Part shown: positions 18,270 to 26,832 of the stretch, one piece after another
Numbering within the stretch: the stretch's first letter is position 1
Layout: each line of letters starts with the position of its first letter
NCBI GenBank assembly: GCA_937879955.1
Contig: CALFMK010000001.1
Location: 5,461-69,460 of the forward strand
DNA: 64,000 nucleotides
Direction: 5' to 3'
From: an uncultured bacterium
Lineage (GTDB): Bacteria > Patescibacteriota > Minisyncoccia > Phycocordibacterales > Phycocordibacteraceae
Made by a program: the position numbers and the translations under genes
The notes under the pieces: model-generated
What the model was told of the DNA's origin: nothing
The model's database searches: none
Seen by the model: only the letters and a program-made list of their open reading frames with translations

Positions 18270-18695
18270 CTAGGCAGCCGGTGCCTCTACCATCCACTCG
18301 ATGCCGTACTTGTCGCGGAACATGCCGAAATGCGTGCCCCACGGGCTCTCGCTCATCGGCGCCTCTACCCGTCCTCCTTGCGAGAGGCCGGAGAATATCC
18401 TATCCGCCTCCTCCTTGCTCTCCGCGCTCACCGCTATCTTGCTGCGGTTCTCGCTCTCGCTCACGGTGCCCATGAACGAGGGAACGTCATTCCCCATGAG
18501 CACGTTCCCTGGGCCGATAGGGAGGGCGATGAGGATGATCTTGTCCGCGTCCGCCTCCGATACCGGGAACTCCGGACTCACGAGCTCCTTGAGGCGGAGC
18601 TTCTTGGTGAACTCGCCGCCGAACACCGACTTATAGAACGTGAACGCTTCTTCGGCGTTGCCGTTGAAGTTTATCCAAGGGTTTATGGTTGCCAT
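18270..18695 (-). CDS. VOC/glyoxalase-fold protein (PhnB-like).
   Basis: MATINPWINFNGNAEEAFTFYKSVFGGEF... matches the PhnB/YjdN-type VOC family. The start was trimmed to an internal ATG. Confidence 0.65.
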   Translation of the reverse strand: MATINPWINFNGNAEEAFTFYKSVFGGEFTKKLRLKELVSPEFPVSEADADKIILIALPIGPGNVLMGNDVPSFMGTVSESENRSKIAVSAESKEEADRIFSGLSQGGRVEAPMSESPWGTHFGMFRDKYGIEWMVEAPAA

Positions 18696-18769
18696 GCGAG
18701 GAGTATAGCAGGGAGGATTTCGCTCCTGCATGAAGGAAAAAGGACCCTCATGGATCCTTGCGTCCTATC

Positions 18770-18844
18770 TGGCTCCGCGGGCAGGATTCGAACCTGCGAC
18801 CAATCGATTAACAGTCGACCGCTCTACCACTGAGCTACCGCGGA
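18770..18844 (-). tRNA. tRNA-Asn (anticodon GUU), with an encoded CCA end.
   Basis: The minus-strand sequence is TCCGCGGTAGCTCAGTGGTAGAGCGGTCGACTGTTAATCGATTGGTCGCAGGTTCGAATCCTGCCCGCGGAGCCA. This gives a 7-bp acceptor stem, a 4-bp D stem, the anticodon loop CTGTTAA and a TTCGAAT T-loop. Confidence 0.9.
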
Positions 18845-18851
18845 ATGCTAT

Positions 18852-18878
18852 GAAGCCCTCCTGGGAGGGCTTTTTCCA
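18852..18878 (+). terminator. Plus-strand intrinsic terminator next to tRNA-Asn.
   Basis: GCCCTC-CTGG-GAGGGC followed by TTTTTCC. There is no plus-strand gene upstream, so it may block antisense read-through into the tRNA. Confidence 0.5.
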
Positions 18879-18954
18879 TACTAGCCGAATTCTCGGATTC
18901 GGCAACGGGTAGGGCCTGGTATGCTTGGTATATATCCCGCTAACCCCATACGCC

Positions 18955-19197
18955 ATGCCTATCCTCTACATACGCCTCGGCTGCCACTACTCCGAGAAGG
19001 TGCTCCATGCGGCAGCCGAGCTCGGCGTGGCCTTCGACCTGAAGACCATCGACAATCCGGAGAGCCTCGCCGAGCTCGTGGCTCGAGGCGGGAAGCAGCA
19101 GGTCCCGTACCTCGTGGACGCCGAGCACGGCGTCGAGATGTACGAGTCCGAGGATATCATCGCCCATCTTCACGCTACCTTTACGTCGGCAGCGTAG
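18955..19197 (+). CDS. Glutaredoxin-like protein (thioredoxin fold, CxxS active site).
   Basis: MPILYIRLGCHYSEKVLHAAAELGVAFDLKTID...VPYLV has a glutaredoxin/NrdH-like layout. The start was trimmed to an internal ATG. Confidence 0.65.
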   Translation: MPILYIRLGCHYSEKVLHAAAELGVAFDLKTIDNPESLAELVARGGKQQVPYLVDAEHGVEMYESEDIIAHLHATFTSAA

Positions 19198-19247
19198 GAT
19201 AGGGCGAGGTGCGCCGTCTTATGAGATTCCGTTAAGTACCAGACTCC

Positions 19248-19616
19248 ATGCAGATCCATTTCAAGGGCACGAATTATGAGCTTCCGGCGAACGTAAGCGC
19301 GCTCGCCAAGCGCAAGGTGGACGGCCTCGCGAAGTATCTCGGGAAGGGGAAGGAGAACGCGCGCGCGTACGTCGACCTCGGGAAGGAGACCGAGGCGCAT
19401 CAGAACGGCGCTATCTGGCGCGCGGACATCAACTTCGACATCGATGGCAGCCGCTTCTACGCGAAGGCCGTGGAGGACAGCATCGAGAAGGCCATAGACC
19501 GGTCCGTGAGCGAGCTCGCGAAGGAGCTGCAGACAGCAAGGAAGCGCGAGCAGAGCCTCGCGCGCAAGGGAGGCAGCCTCATCAAGTCACTGATGCGCCG
19601 CGGGCTCACGTCCTAG
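19248..19616 (+). CDS. hpf: Ribosome hibernation promoting factor / ribosome-associated inhibitor (short HPF/RaiA).
   Basis: MQIHFKGTNYELPANVSALAKRKVDGLAKYL...AHQNGAIWRADINFDIDGSRFYAKA is a typical sigma-54 modulation protein/HPF fold. Confidence 0.85.
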   Translation: MQIHFKGTNYELPANVSALAKRKVDGLAKYLGKGKENARAYVDLGKETEAHQNGAIWRADINFDIDGSRFYAKAVEDSIEKAIDRSVSELAKELQTARKREQSLARKGGSLIKSLMRRGLTS

Positions 19617-20470
19617 AGCGCATTCCAGCCGGAGGATACGAGACCGCGGTATGCGGTCTCGCTCTTTCCTTCGGGCACCACGAGCTCGGGCGCGAAGACG
19701 CCGTCCTCGAATCGCGCGGTCCTTATCTTCACGCGCAGGCGCTTCCCGTCCTTCTCCATGAAGAAGTACGTGCCCGGGGACTCCGCGTACGCGCGGTATC
19801 GGTTCCAGTTCTCCGTAGCGTCACCCCTGAGCGAGAGCTCGCCCATCTCCTTCCGGATCTTCTTCGTGACGGTGGCCTTGGAATCGTCCTGCGGTACGGG
19901 CACCAGCGTACCCTCCTCGAAGGCTGGGAGGATGTCGGCGAGGAGCGCGGCGCCGATCTGCACGAGGCGCGGACGGAGCTCGCGCGTGGTCTCGTCGGAT
20001 TCTATGGCTACGGTCTTCGACGCGAGCACGTCGCCTGCGTCGAGCGCGTAGACCATCCGCTGAATGGCGACGCCGGTCTCGGTCTCGCCCGCGAGGAGCG
20101 CGCCCTCGACAGGAGAGGCGCCGCGGTACTTCGGGAGGAGGGAATAATGGATATTGAGGATGCCGAGCGGGAACGAGTCGATGAGCGCCTGCGGCAGGAT
20201 CTTGCCGTACGCGACCACGATCGCGTACTCGCAACCGTATCCCTTGAGCTCTTCGATGAGCGCATCGTCCGCCTTCTCGGGCGTGAGGACGGGAAGGTCG
20301 TGCTCGAGCGCCCAGGCCTTGGTCTCGCAGGGCGTGAGCGTCATGCCGCGCCCTCTCGGCGCGTCAGGCGAGGTGACCACGACCGCGGGCACGTAGCCCC
20401 GCTCGACGAGGATCGCGAGGGTATCGCGCGCGACGTAGGGAGTGCCGAAGAAGGCGAAGGGCTTAGGCAT
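19613..20470 (-). CDS. fmt: Methionyl-tRNA formyltransferase.
   Basis: Formyltransferase motifs LNIHYSLLPKYRGASPV and an N-terminal Rossmann-like region. It overlaps the def stop by 8 nt. Confidence 0.93.
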   Translation of the reverse strand: MPKPFAFFGTPYVARDTLAILVERGYVPAVVVTSPDAPRGRGMTLTPCETKAWALEHDLPVLTPEKADDALIEELKGYGCEYAIVVAYGKILPQALIDSFPLGILNIHYSLLPKYRGASPVEGALLAGETETGVAIQRMVYALDAGDVLASKTVAIESDETTRELRPRLVQIGAALLADILPAFEEGTLVPVPQDDSKATVTKKIRKEMGELSLRGDATENWNRYRAYAESPGTYFFMEKDGKRLRVKIRTARFEDGVFAPELVVPEGKSETAYRGLVSSGWNAL

Positions 20471-20984
20471 GGCGCGCAGGGTCGGTCTCTACTTTATCAG
20501 TGGCATGGTCGATGAAGAGGATGCCGTTCAGGTGGTCGGTCTCGTGCTGGAAGATCTGCGCGAGTAAGCCGCCGCCGCCGCGCTCGAAGGCCGCGCCCTG
20601 CTCGTCGCGGGCTCGTACCGTGGCGCGATTGTGGCGCATGGTCTTGCCGTAGATGCCGCGTACGGAGAGGCAGCCCTCGTCCATCTCGACCCTGCGCTTC
20701 GAGCTCTTCACGAAGACGGGGTTTATGTAGACGCCCACTTCCACCGGATGGTCCGGGTGCCCGTCAGGCGGGGGAGGCACGGTGCGGTCGTAACGCACGA
20801 TGAAGATGCGCAGGCTGATGCCGATCTGAGGCGCCGCGAGCGCGACGCCGTCCTTCTGAGCGTCGAGGGCCTCGGCCATGTCGGCGAGTATGCGGGCGAG
20901 CTCGGGCGTCCCGAAGAGCTCTTCGGGTACGGGTTCGGCTATCTTTCTGAGGACGGGCGCGCCGTCCTGGACGATCTCGGACAT
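20463..20984 (-). CDS. def: Peptide deformylase.
   Basis: The motifs are GIGLAAPQIG, EGCLS and QHETDHLNG (HExxH). A TATAGT sits 6 nt upstream of the ATG, suggesting a leaderless start. Confidence 0.93.
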   Translation of the reverse strand: MSEIVQDGAPVLRKIAEPVPEELFGTPELARILADMAEALDAQKDGVALAAPQIGISLRIFIVRYDRTVPPPPDGHPDHPVEVGVYINPVFVKSSKRRVEMDEGCLSVRGIYGKTMRHNRATVRARDEQGAAFERGGGGLLAQIFQHETDHLNGILFIDHATDKVETDPARHA

Positions 20985-21000
20985 ACGGGGACTATAGCAA

Positions 21001-21033
21001 AAAAGAAAGCACCGGCCACGAGGGTCGGTGCGG
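21001..21033 (-). terminator. Rho-independent terminator between the 21272..21568 gene and def.
   Basis: On the minus strand, GCACCGACC-CTCGT-GGCCGGTGC followed by TTTCTTTTTT. The def -10 box follows immediately. Confidence 0.6.
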
Positions 21034-21271
21034 GAAGGTGCGAAAGGGCAAGGGTGCGTCGTCGGAGGACGGTGCCAGGGTTGGTGCGCCAGGCGGGGAA
21101 GGCGTGCGAATCGTTCCCCAACGGTACGTAGCCTCTTCTGTGCGAGTCGCTACTCTCTGACGGTCGACTCCGACGACGCGATGATAGCCTCACATGAGAG
21201 GCGAGGTCCTTGGCAGGGATTATGTACCAACGACCTTCTGACTATAGCACTAATATGAATCGAGTCAATGG

Positions 21272-21568
21272 CTAGAACGGCTTGTCCAGCGTCTTGTGCT
21301 TCTCCGGGTCTATCTCCCACCAGAACTTCTTGCTGAAGTTCTTCGCTCTCGAACAGACCGTCTTCAGGTAGTAGAGGTCGTCGGTCGGGATGCCTTCGAG
21401 GATCTTTCCCATGCGGCTCATGGTGAGCTTCGGGAGGCCGTCATGCGCGCGGCTGTGGTTCAGGTGCCGGACGAAGAAGCGCATGAGCTCGCCGCGCTCG
21501 GTCTTGGTGCTCGGCTTCTTGCCGTCCTTGCCGAAGTCCTTCGGGAGGAGGTCCGCGATGCTCTTCAT
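21272..21568 (-). CDS. Hypothetical protein (98 aa).
   Basis: Intact ORF, basic, with no recognisable motif. A 240-nt 3' region follows it. Confidence 0.5.
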   Translation of the reverse strand: MKSIADLLPKDFGKDGKKPSTKTERGELMRFFVRHLNHSRAHDGLPKLTMSRMGKILEGIPTDDLYYLKTVCSRAKNFSKKFWWEIDPEKHKTLDKPF

Positions 21569-21595
21569 AAGGGAATTGTACCAATTCCCGGGACG

Positions 21596-22897
21596 CTACG
21601 CGTGCTCGATTTTCGCGCCGATCGACGTGAGCCTATTCACCAAATCCTCGTATCCGCGGTTGATGCTGTAGACGTTGCGGAGCGTGGAGCGGCCTTCTGC
21701 GGCGAGCATGCCGATGAGGAGGATGGTCGCAGGGCGCAGTGCTGGCGGCGCCACGATCTCGGCGCCGCGCAGGTGCACGGGGCCGTGTATCTGGATGCGG
21801 TGCGGGTCCATGAGGAGCGTGTTCGCGCCGAGGCGGTCGAGCTCGGTGTAGTAGATGGCGCGCTTCTCGTAGACCCAGTCGTGGATCATGGTCTCGCCCT
21901 CGGCCTTCAGCGCCATGACGGCGAAGAACGGGAGGTTGTCGATGTTGAGCCCTGGGTACGGACGCGCATGGATCTTCTCGGGGAAGGCCGTGAGGGTCGA
22001 CGGCTCGATATGGATGTCGGCGAGCTTCGTGATGCCGTTCGCAGATATCGCGTGGCTGTCGACGCTGAACTTCAGTCCCATCTTCTCGAGCACCTCGAGC
22101 TCCACCTCGAGGAACTCGATCGGCGCGTTGCGGATGGTGAGCGCGGAGTTCGTGGTAACGGCGCAGGCGATGAAGAACATGGCATCGATCGGGTCCTCGC
22201 CGATCGCGTAGGTGACGTCGGCGCGGATGTCCTTCTTGCCGGTGATGGTGAGGGTCGTGGTGCCGATGCCTTCAACGGAGACGCCGAGCGCCTTGAGGAA
22301 GCCGCAGACCTCCTGGACCTGGTAGTTCGCGGACGCGTACTTGATGACGCTCGTGCCCTCGATACCTGCGGCTGCCAGCATCGCGTTTATGGTCGCGGTG
22401 TCGCTCGACTCGTAGAGCACTACCTCGGCCGCTGAGAGCCCGTCGTTCGTGATCTGGAAGCTGTCGGTGAGCGCCTCGATCGTGATGCCGAACTTCTCGA
22501 GCGCCCAAAGATGCGAGCGCACGCTCCTGAGACCGAGCGTGCAGCCGCCGGACTGCGGGAGCTCGAACGAAGGGAAGTGATGCACGAGGGAGCCGATGAA
22601 CATGAGGATGCTCCGGGTGCGCACGGCCGCGGCACGGTCGATGCTGTCGAGGTCGATCGTCTCGGGCGGCGTGATGGTCACGTCCTTCCCGTTCCACTCG
22701 ACCGAGACGCCGATGGAGCGGAGCACCTCGATGAGGCGGTTCACCTCCTCGATCTTCGGCATGTTGCGGAGCGTCGTCGTGCCCTTGTTAAGGAGCGACG
22801 CGCCGAGCATGGCCACGGCGCCGTTCTTCGAGCTATTGGTAGTGATGGACCCTGAGAGCGGATGGCCTCCCTCGACGACGAAGTTGTTCTCTGACAT
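21596..22897 (-). CDS. murA: UDP-N-acetylglucosamine 1-carboxyvinyltransferase.
   Basis: The full EPSP-synthase-like fold is present (KNGAVAMLGASLLNKGTTTLRNMP...; active-site region ...GGCTLGLRSVRSH...). The start was trimmed to MSENNFVVEGG. A TACAAT sits 7 nt upstream. Confidence 0.93.
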   Translation of the reverse strand: MSENNFVVEGGHPLSGSITTNSSKNGAVAMLGASLLNKGTTTLRNMPKIEEVNRLIEVLRSIGVSVEWNGKDVTITPPETIDLDSIDRAAAVRTRSILMFIGSLVHHFPSFELPQSGGCTLGLRSVRSHLWALEKFGITIEALTDSFQITNDGLSAAEVVLYESSDTATINAMLAAAGIEGTSVIKYASANYQVQEVCGFLKALGVSVEGIGTTTLTITGKKDIRADVTYAIGEDPIDAMFFIACAVTTNSALTIRNAPIEFLEVELEVLEKMGLKFSVDSHAISANGITKLADIHIEPSTLTAFPEKIHARPYPGLNIDNLPFFAVMALKAEGETMIHDWVYEKRAIYYTELDRLGANTLLMDPHRIQIHGPVHLRGAEIVAPPALRPATILLIGMLAAEGRSTLRNVYSINRGYEDLVNRLTSIGAKIEHA

Positions 22898-22986
22898 GGG
22901 TGGCATTGTAGCAGGCCCCGGACGCGTCCAGCCACAGATTCCATCGGTTTTGCGCACCTCGCCTCACCCGCGGTATGATGGCGCCA

Positions 22987-23997
22987 ATGTCCCTCTTCTC
23001 ACCGCGCATCGGCATCGACCTCGGCACTACCAATGTCCTCGTGTTCGTGCCTGGGAAGGGCGTGGTCCTGAACGAGCCGTCGGTCGTGGCGGTCTCCACC
23101 GAGACGAACAAGGTGGTCGCCATCGGGGTGGAGGCCAAGGCGATGGTAGGCCGCACCCCGGACTCCATCCAGGCGTACCGCCCGATGAAGGATGGCGTCA
23201 TCGCGGACTATCGCGTGACCGAGGCGATGCTCCGCTATTTCATAAAGAAGGCACTCGGCCGGAACCTCTTCAAGCCCACCGTCCTCATCTCCGTGCCTGC
23301 GGGCGTTTCCTCCACCGAGAAGCGCGCCGTGATCGAGGCTGCCGTGAAGGCGGGCGCGGCAGACGCGTACGTCGTGAAGGAGCCGATCCTCGCCGCGATC
23401 GGTGCCGGAATCCCGATCCAGGAACCGATGGGGCGCATGGTGGCTGACATCGGCGGCGGCACCATCGACGTGGCCGTGATCTCGCTCGGCGGCATCGTGG
23501 CGTCCACCTCCGTGAAGGTGGCAGGGAACAAGCTCGACCGCGCGATCATCGACCATGTGAAGAAGCAGTACAACCTCTCCATCGGCGACAAGTCGGCCGA
23601 GGACATCAAGATCCAGATCGGCTCGGCCGTCCCGGTCACCGAGGAGCTCACGATGTCGGTGAAGGGACGCGACCTCCTCTCGGGCCTCCCGCGCACCATC
23701 GAGCTCAAGACCAACGAGGTGGTGCAGGCACTGAACCGCGAGCTGCGCGACATGATGAACGCGGTGCGCAAGGTGCTGCAGGACACGCCGCCTGAGCTCG
23801 CAAGCGACATCATCGACAACGGCATCATCCTTACGGGCGGCACGAGCCAGCTCCGCCATCTCCCCGAGCTCGTGTATAGGCGCACCGGCGTGCAGGCGAA
23901 GCTCGCCGACGACGCCTACTACTGCGTCGTGCGCGGCACGGGCATCGCGCTCAAGCATCTCGATACCTATAAGAAGAGCATCATCTCGAAGCGGTAA
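22987..23997 (+). CDS. mreB: Rod-shape-determining protein MreB (actin homolog), copy 1.
   Basis: MSLFSPRIGIDLGTTNVLVFVPGKGVVLNEPSVVAV... has the phosphate 1/2 and adenosine motifs. The start was chosen at the ATG 7 nt downstream of a TATGAT box. The ORF track starts at 22975. Confidence 0.9.
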   Translation: MSLFSPRIGIDLGTTNVLVFVPGKGVVLNEPSVVAVSTETNKVVAIGVEAKAMVGRTPDSIQAYRPMKDGVIADYRVTEAMLRYFIKKALGRNLFKPTVLISVPAGVSSTEKRAVIEAAVKAGAADAYVVKEPILAAIGAGIPIQEPMGRMVADIGGGTIDVAVISLGGIVASTSVKVAGNKLDRAIIDHVKKQYNLSIGDKSAEDIKIQIGSAVPVTEELTMSVKGRDLLSGLPRTIELKTNEVVQALNRELRDMMNAVRKVLQDTPPELASDIIDNGIILTGGTSQLRHLPELVYRRTGVQAKLADDAYYCVVRGTGIALKHLDTYKKSIISKR

Positions 23998-24006
23998 CAG
24001 GGAAGA

Positions 24007-24037
24007 GCAAAAGGCCCCGCGCATGCGCGGGGCCTTT
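24007..24037. terminator. Bidirectional terminator made of a perfect palindrome (repeat copy 1).
   Basis: CAAAA-GGCCCCGCGCATGCGCGGGGCC-TTT. The 22-nt core is perfectly self-complementary and lies between convergent mreB and the 24044..24328 gene. Confidence 0.6.
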
Positions 24038-24043
24038 CCTGAT

Positions 24044-24328
24044 TCAGGCGCCGGTGCCCGTAGCGGCCCGGTACTCCTTCTCGGTCATGACGACGAACCC
24101 GTCCTTCCCGAGCTCGTCCTTCATGCAGCGGACGTAGTAGCGGTCGCGGTCGTCCGGATCGGTCACGGCGGCGAGACAGGTCGCCTTCGCCTTCAGGTAG
24201 GCCGCGGTCGCGACGCTCTGGTCGGTGACGCCGGGCTTCGTGACGTAGACCGCGGGCGGGTCGTACGGCTCGTGCGCGAGCGCGGAGCCGGCCAGAAGGC
24301 AGGCGAGTGTCAAAAGAGCGATGCGCAT
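24044..24328 (-). CDS. Small exported hypothetical protein (94 aa).
   Basis: Signal peptide MRIALLTLACLLAGSALA. A GGGAGG SD sits 7 nt upstream. Confidence 0.55.
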   Translation of the reverse strand: MRIALLTLACLLAGSALAHEPYDPPAVYVTKPGVTDQSVATAAYLKAKATCLAAVTDPDDRDRYYVRCMKDELGKDGFVVMTEKEYRAATGTGA

Positions 24329-24401
24329 TGGTTTCCTCCCTGTGTGCGCGGCCGATCATGTCGGCGTGGGATGCACTATATACCGTTCCGCGCCCGTGGC
24401 C

Positions 24402-24431
24402 ACAAAAGGCCCCGCGCATGCGCGGGGCCTT
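24402..24431. terminator. Second identical palindromic hairpin (repeat copy 2).
   Basis: ACAAAA-GGCCCCGCGCATGCGCGGGGCC-TTCAGTCTTTC. It shares 29 nt with copy 1 and lies downstream of the 24439..24906 gene. Confidence 0.55.
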
Positions 24432-24438
24432 CAGTCTT

Positions 24439-24906
24439 TCATCGCCTCTTCCATGAGGTCTTCCGGGTGATGCTGATCCCGTAGCTCAGGTCCTTCTCCA
24501 TCCGCGGCATGAACCGCTCGGAGTACTTCGTGAGCCAGGCGCCGGCGTAGAGGGTGGTCCGGTCGTCGATGACTCGGGTGGCGTAGACGCCCTCGAACCG
24601 CTGCTTGGTCCCTTCGCGGAGGTAGTAGGACTTGCTGCGGGTCGTGAGGTCGACGTTCAGGACCGGGATGCGGACCGTGAACCGGCCGTCGTCGATGCGG
24701 TCGCGGAGCGAGTGCTCCGCGAAGCGGTCGAGGAAGAGCGGATCGGAGGCCGTGTCCGTATACCTCGCGGCGAACCGGTCAGCGAGGCCGGTGTCGAACG
24801 TCTTGGCGCTATAGGCGCGCGGCTCGGGCGTGAGCTTGAGCTGCGCGTGCGCTATGCCGCCACCGATCGTGGCGAGGGCGATGATGCTGAAAAGAGCTGC
24901 GCGCAT
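24439..24906 (-). CDS. Exported hypothetical protein (155 aa).
   Basis: Signal peptide MRAALFSIIALATIGGGIAHA. No motifs recognised. Confidence 0.55.
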   Translation of the reverse strand: MRAALFSIIALATIGGGIAHAQLKLTPEPRAYSAKTFDTGLADRFAARYTDTASDPLFLDRFAEHSLRDRIDDGRFTVRIPVLNVDLTTRSKSYYLREGTKQRFEGVYATRVIDDRTTLYAGAWLTKYSERFMPRMEKDLSYGISITRKTSWKRR

Positions 24907-25044
24907 TCGAACGTCCTTTCATGCTGGGTGATACGCACTACTTCCATCATAAGACTCCCGAACAGGGTTGGCGTCAATGCGGCCGGGGTGCAAAAGGAGT
25001 AGCCCGTTAATACGGGCTACTCCTTACTTCTTGCGAGGTGGGCG

Positions 25045-25509
25045 CTACTTCACGCGCGTGAACTCGAGCGAGCCGTTGCCCGAGAGGTAGATCATGGAGA
25101 GGTCGGTCTCCGAGAGGTTCGTGAGCGCGAAGTACATGACCTCCTCGGGGAACTGGAGCTTCAGGACCTTCGCGTCCTTCACGACGGGAAGCTCCGCCTG
25201 CTCCTTCGTCGGGTCCGCCACGAAGCTCCAGGTGCCGCTCACGGTCGCGCTGTCATCGCCCTCGTAGCGGTCGGTGACGGTGCCGTCGGCCGTGAAGCTG
25301 CGGACGAAGCGCGCGTCGTCCGTGCTCTTCCAGGTGCCCTCGATCTTCGCGGCCGTCTCCTCGTTCGGCGTCGCGACATCATTCACGCTCCCGGATGCGG
25401 GGACGTCCTCGCCCATGTCGGCAGGCTTCTGCATGAAGAAGTAATACGCGCCGCCGACCACGATGAGCGCGAGCGCGATGACGATCCCTATAACGACGTT
25501 CCTGTTCAT
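25045..25509 (-). CDS. Membrane-anchored hypothetical protein (154 aa).
   Basis: N-terminal TM (VVIGIVIALALIVVGGAYYFF) followed by an acidic extracytoplasmic domain. Confidence 0.55.
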   Translation of the reverse strand: MNRNVVIGIVIALALIVVGGAYYFFMQKPADMGEDVPASGSVNDVATPNEETAAKIEGTWKSTDDARFVRSFTADGTVTDRYEGDDSATVSGTWSFVADPTKEQAELPVVKDAKVLKLQFPEEVMYFALTNLSETDLSMIYLSGNGSLEFTRVK

Positions 25510-25567
25510 ATGCGCGTTCAGGTTAGTTCCTATGGAGACAAGTCTAGCACCGGGGTAGACTGCCTGT

Positions 25568-26260
25568 ATGGCGCACCATGCGTATGTCTACATAGGGGAC
25601 CGCGAGGCAGGGCTCGCTGCCGCGCGCGCGTACGCGGCGGACGCGCTCGGCCTCCATGGGAGCGACAACCCGAACGTCGCCGTGTTCGAGTTCGGGCTCT
25701 TCTCGGTCGACGACGCGAGACGGGTCGCGAGCTTCGCGTCCCAGTCCCAGGCGACCGGCGACCGGAAGCTCATCGTCATCGCGACAGGACGCCTCTTCCA
25801 CGAGGCGCAGAACGCGCTCCTGAAGCTCTTCGAGGAGCCGACCGAGGGTACGACGCTCGTGCTCGTGGTCCCTGCCGAAGGCATCCTCCTGCCGACGCTC
25901 CGCTCGCGGCTCATCAGGCTTCCGGACGCGTCGGGCGGCGCGAACGCGATAGGGGACGTCGCGCAGGAATTCCTCTCCATGGCGAAGGCCGAGCGCGAGA
26001 AGTACGTCGTGAAGCTCGTCGCGCGCTCAAAGTCAGATAAGGACGCGGAGAAGCAGGCGGCCCGCCTCGAGGCGGCGTCCGTGATCGCGGGCGTCATGCG
26101 CGCGGCACATGCGAAGAACATGAAGACGCCCACAAGAGAGCTTGGCCTCCTCCTGCGCGACCTCGACCGGTTCGCACCCATCGTGCACGAGCGCTCCGCT
26201 CCGCTGAAGCTCATCTTCGAGCATCTCGTCCTCGTGATGCCCGAAGGACTGGGGAAGTGA
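25568..26260 (+). CDS. holB: DNA polymerase III delta-prime-like subunit (short, 230 aa).
   Basis: The motifs are NALLKLFEEP, TLRSRLIRL and an AAA+ lid-like region. It lacks a clear Walker A and is shorter than the canonical HolB of about 330 aa. Confidence 0.65.
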   Translation: MAHHAYVYIGDREAGLAAARAYAADALGLHGSDNPNVAVFEFGLFSVDDARRVASFASQSQATGDRKLIVIATGRLFHEAQNALLKLFEEPTEGTTLVLVVPAEGILLPTLRSRLIRLPDASGGANAIGDVAQEFLSMAKAEREKYVVKLVARSKSDKDAEKQAARLEAASVIAGVMRAAHAKNMKTPTRELGLLLRDLDRFAPIVHERSAPLKLIFEHLVLVMPEGLGK

Positions 26261-26274
26261 TACACTCTCCGCAT

Positions 26275-26829
26275 ATGGCCTCATTCGATTTCAAGACCCT
26301 AGACACCAGCATCAAGGAGACCGAGGAGTGGCTCGTCCGCGAGCTCTCGACGGTGCGCACCGGCCGCGCCACCCCGGCGATCCTCGACACGATAAAGCCC
26401 GAGGTGTACGGCAGCCGCACCCCGATCAACCAGGTCGCGGCCGTCACCATCGAGGACGCGCGCACGCTGCGCATCGTCCCGTGGGACAAGTCCCTCACGA
26501 AGGTGATCGAGCGCGCGATCCAGGACGCCGACCTCGGCATGGGCGTGGGCAGCGACGACCAGGGGCTCCGCGTCTCGTTCCCTGAGCTCACGGCGGAGCG
26601 CCGCACCATGCTCCTCAAGGTAGCCAACGACAAGCTCGAGCAGGCGCGCATCACGCTGCGCGGCCATCGCACCGATACGCTCAAGGCGCTCGACGCTGCG
26701 GAGAAGGAGGGCGGCATGGGAAAGGACGAGCTCGCGCGCCTGAAGGACGAGGTCCAGAAGAAGGTGGATGCCGCCACCGAGGCGCTCGGCGCGCTCGCGA
26801 AGAAGAAGGAAGCAGAGATCGCTGCCTAG
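26275..26829 (+). CDS. frr: Ribosome recycling factor.
   Basis: ...TGRATPAILDTIKPEVYGSRTPINQVAAVTIEDARTLRIVPWDKS... is a typical RRF. The start was trimmed to MASFDFKTL. The ORF track starts at 26257. Confidence 0.9.
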   Translation: MASFDFKTLDTSIKETEEWLVRELSTVRTGRATPAILDTIKPEVYGSRTPINQVAAVTIEDARTLRIVPWDKSLTKVIERAIQDADLGMGVGSDDQGLRVSFPELTAERRTMLLKVANDKLEQARITLRGHRTDTLKALDAAEKEGGMGKDELARLKDEVQKKVDAATEALGALAKKKEAEIAA

Positions 26830-26832
26830 GCC

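Noticed and set aside
18730-18912. 60-aa plus-strand ORF.
   Set aside because: It lies antisense across tRNA-Asn.
22975-22986. Longer mreB start (MMAPMSLF...).
   Set aside because: A TATGAT box overlaps these codons and sits 7 nt upstream of the ATG at 22987. That fits the leaderless pattern and the usual MreB N-terminus.
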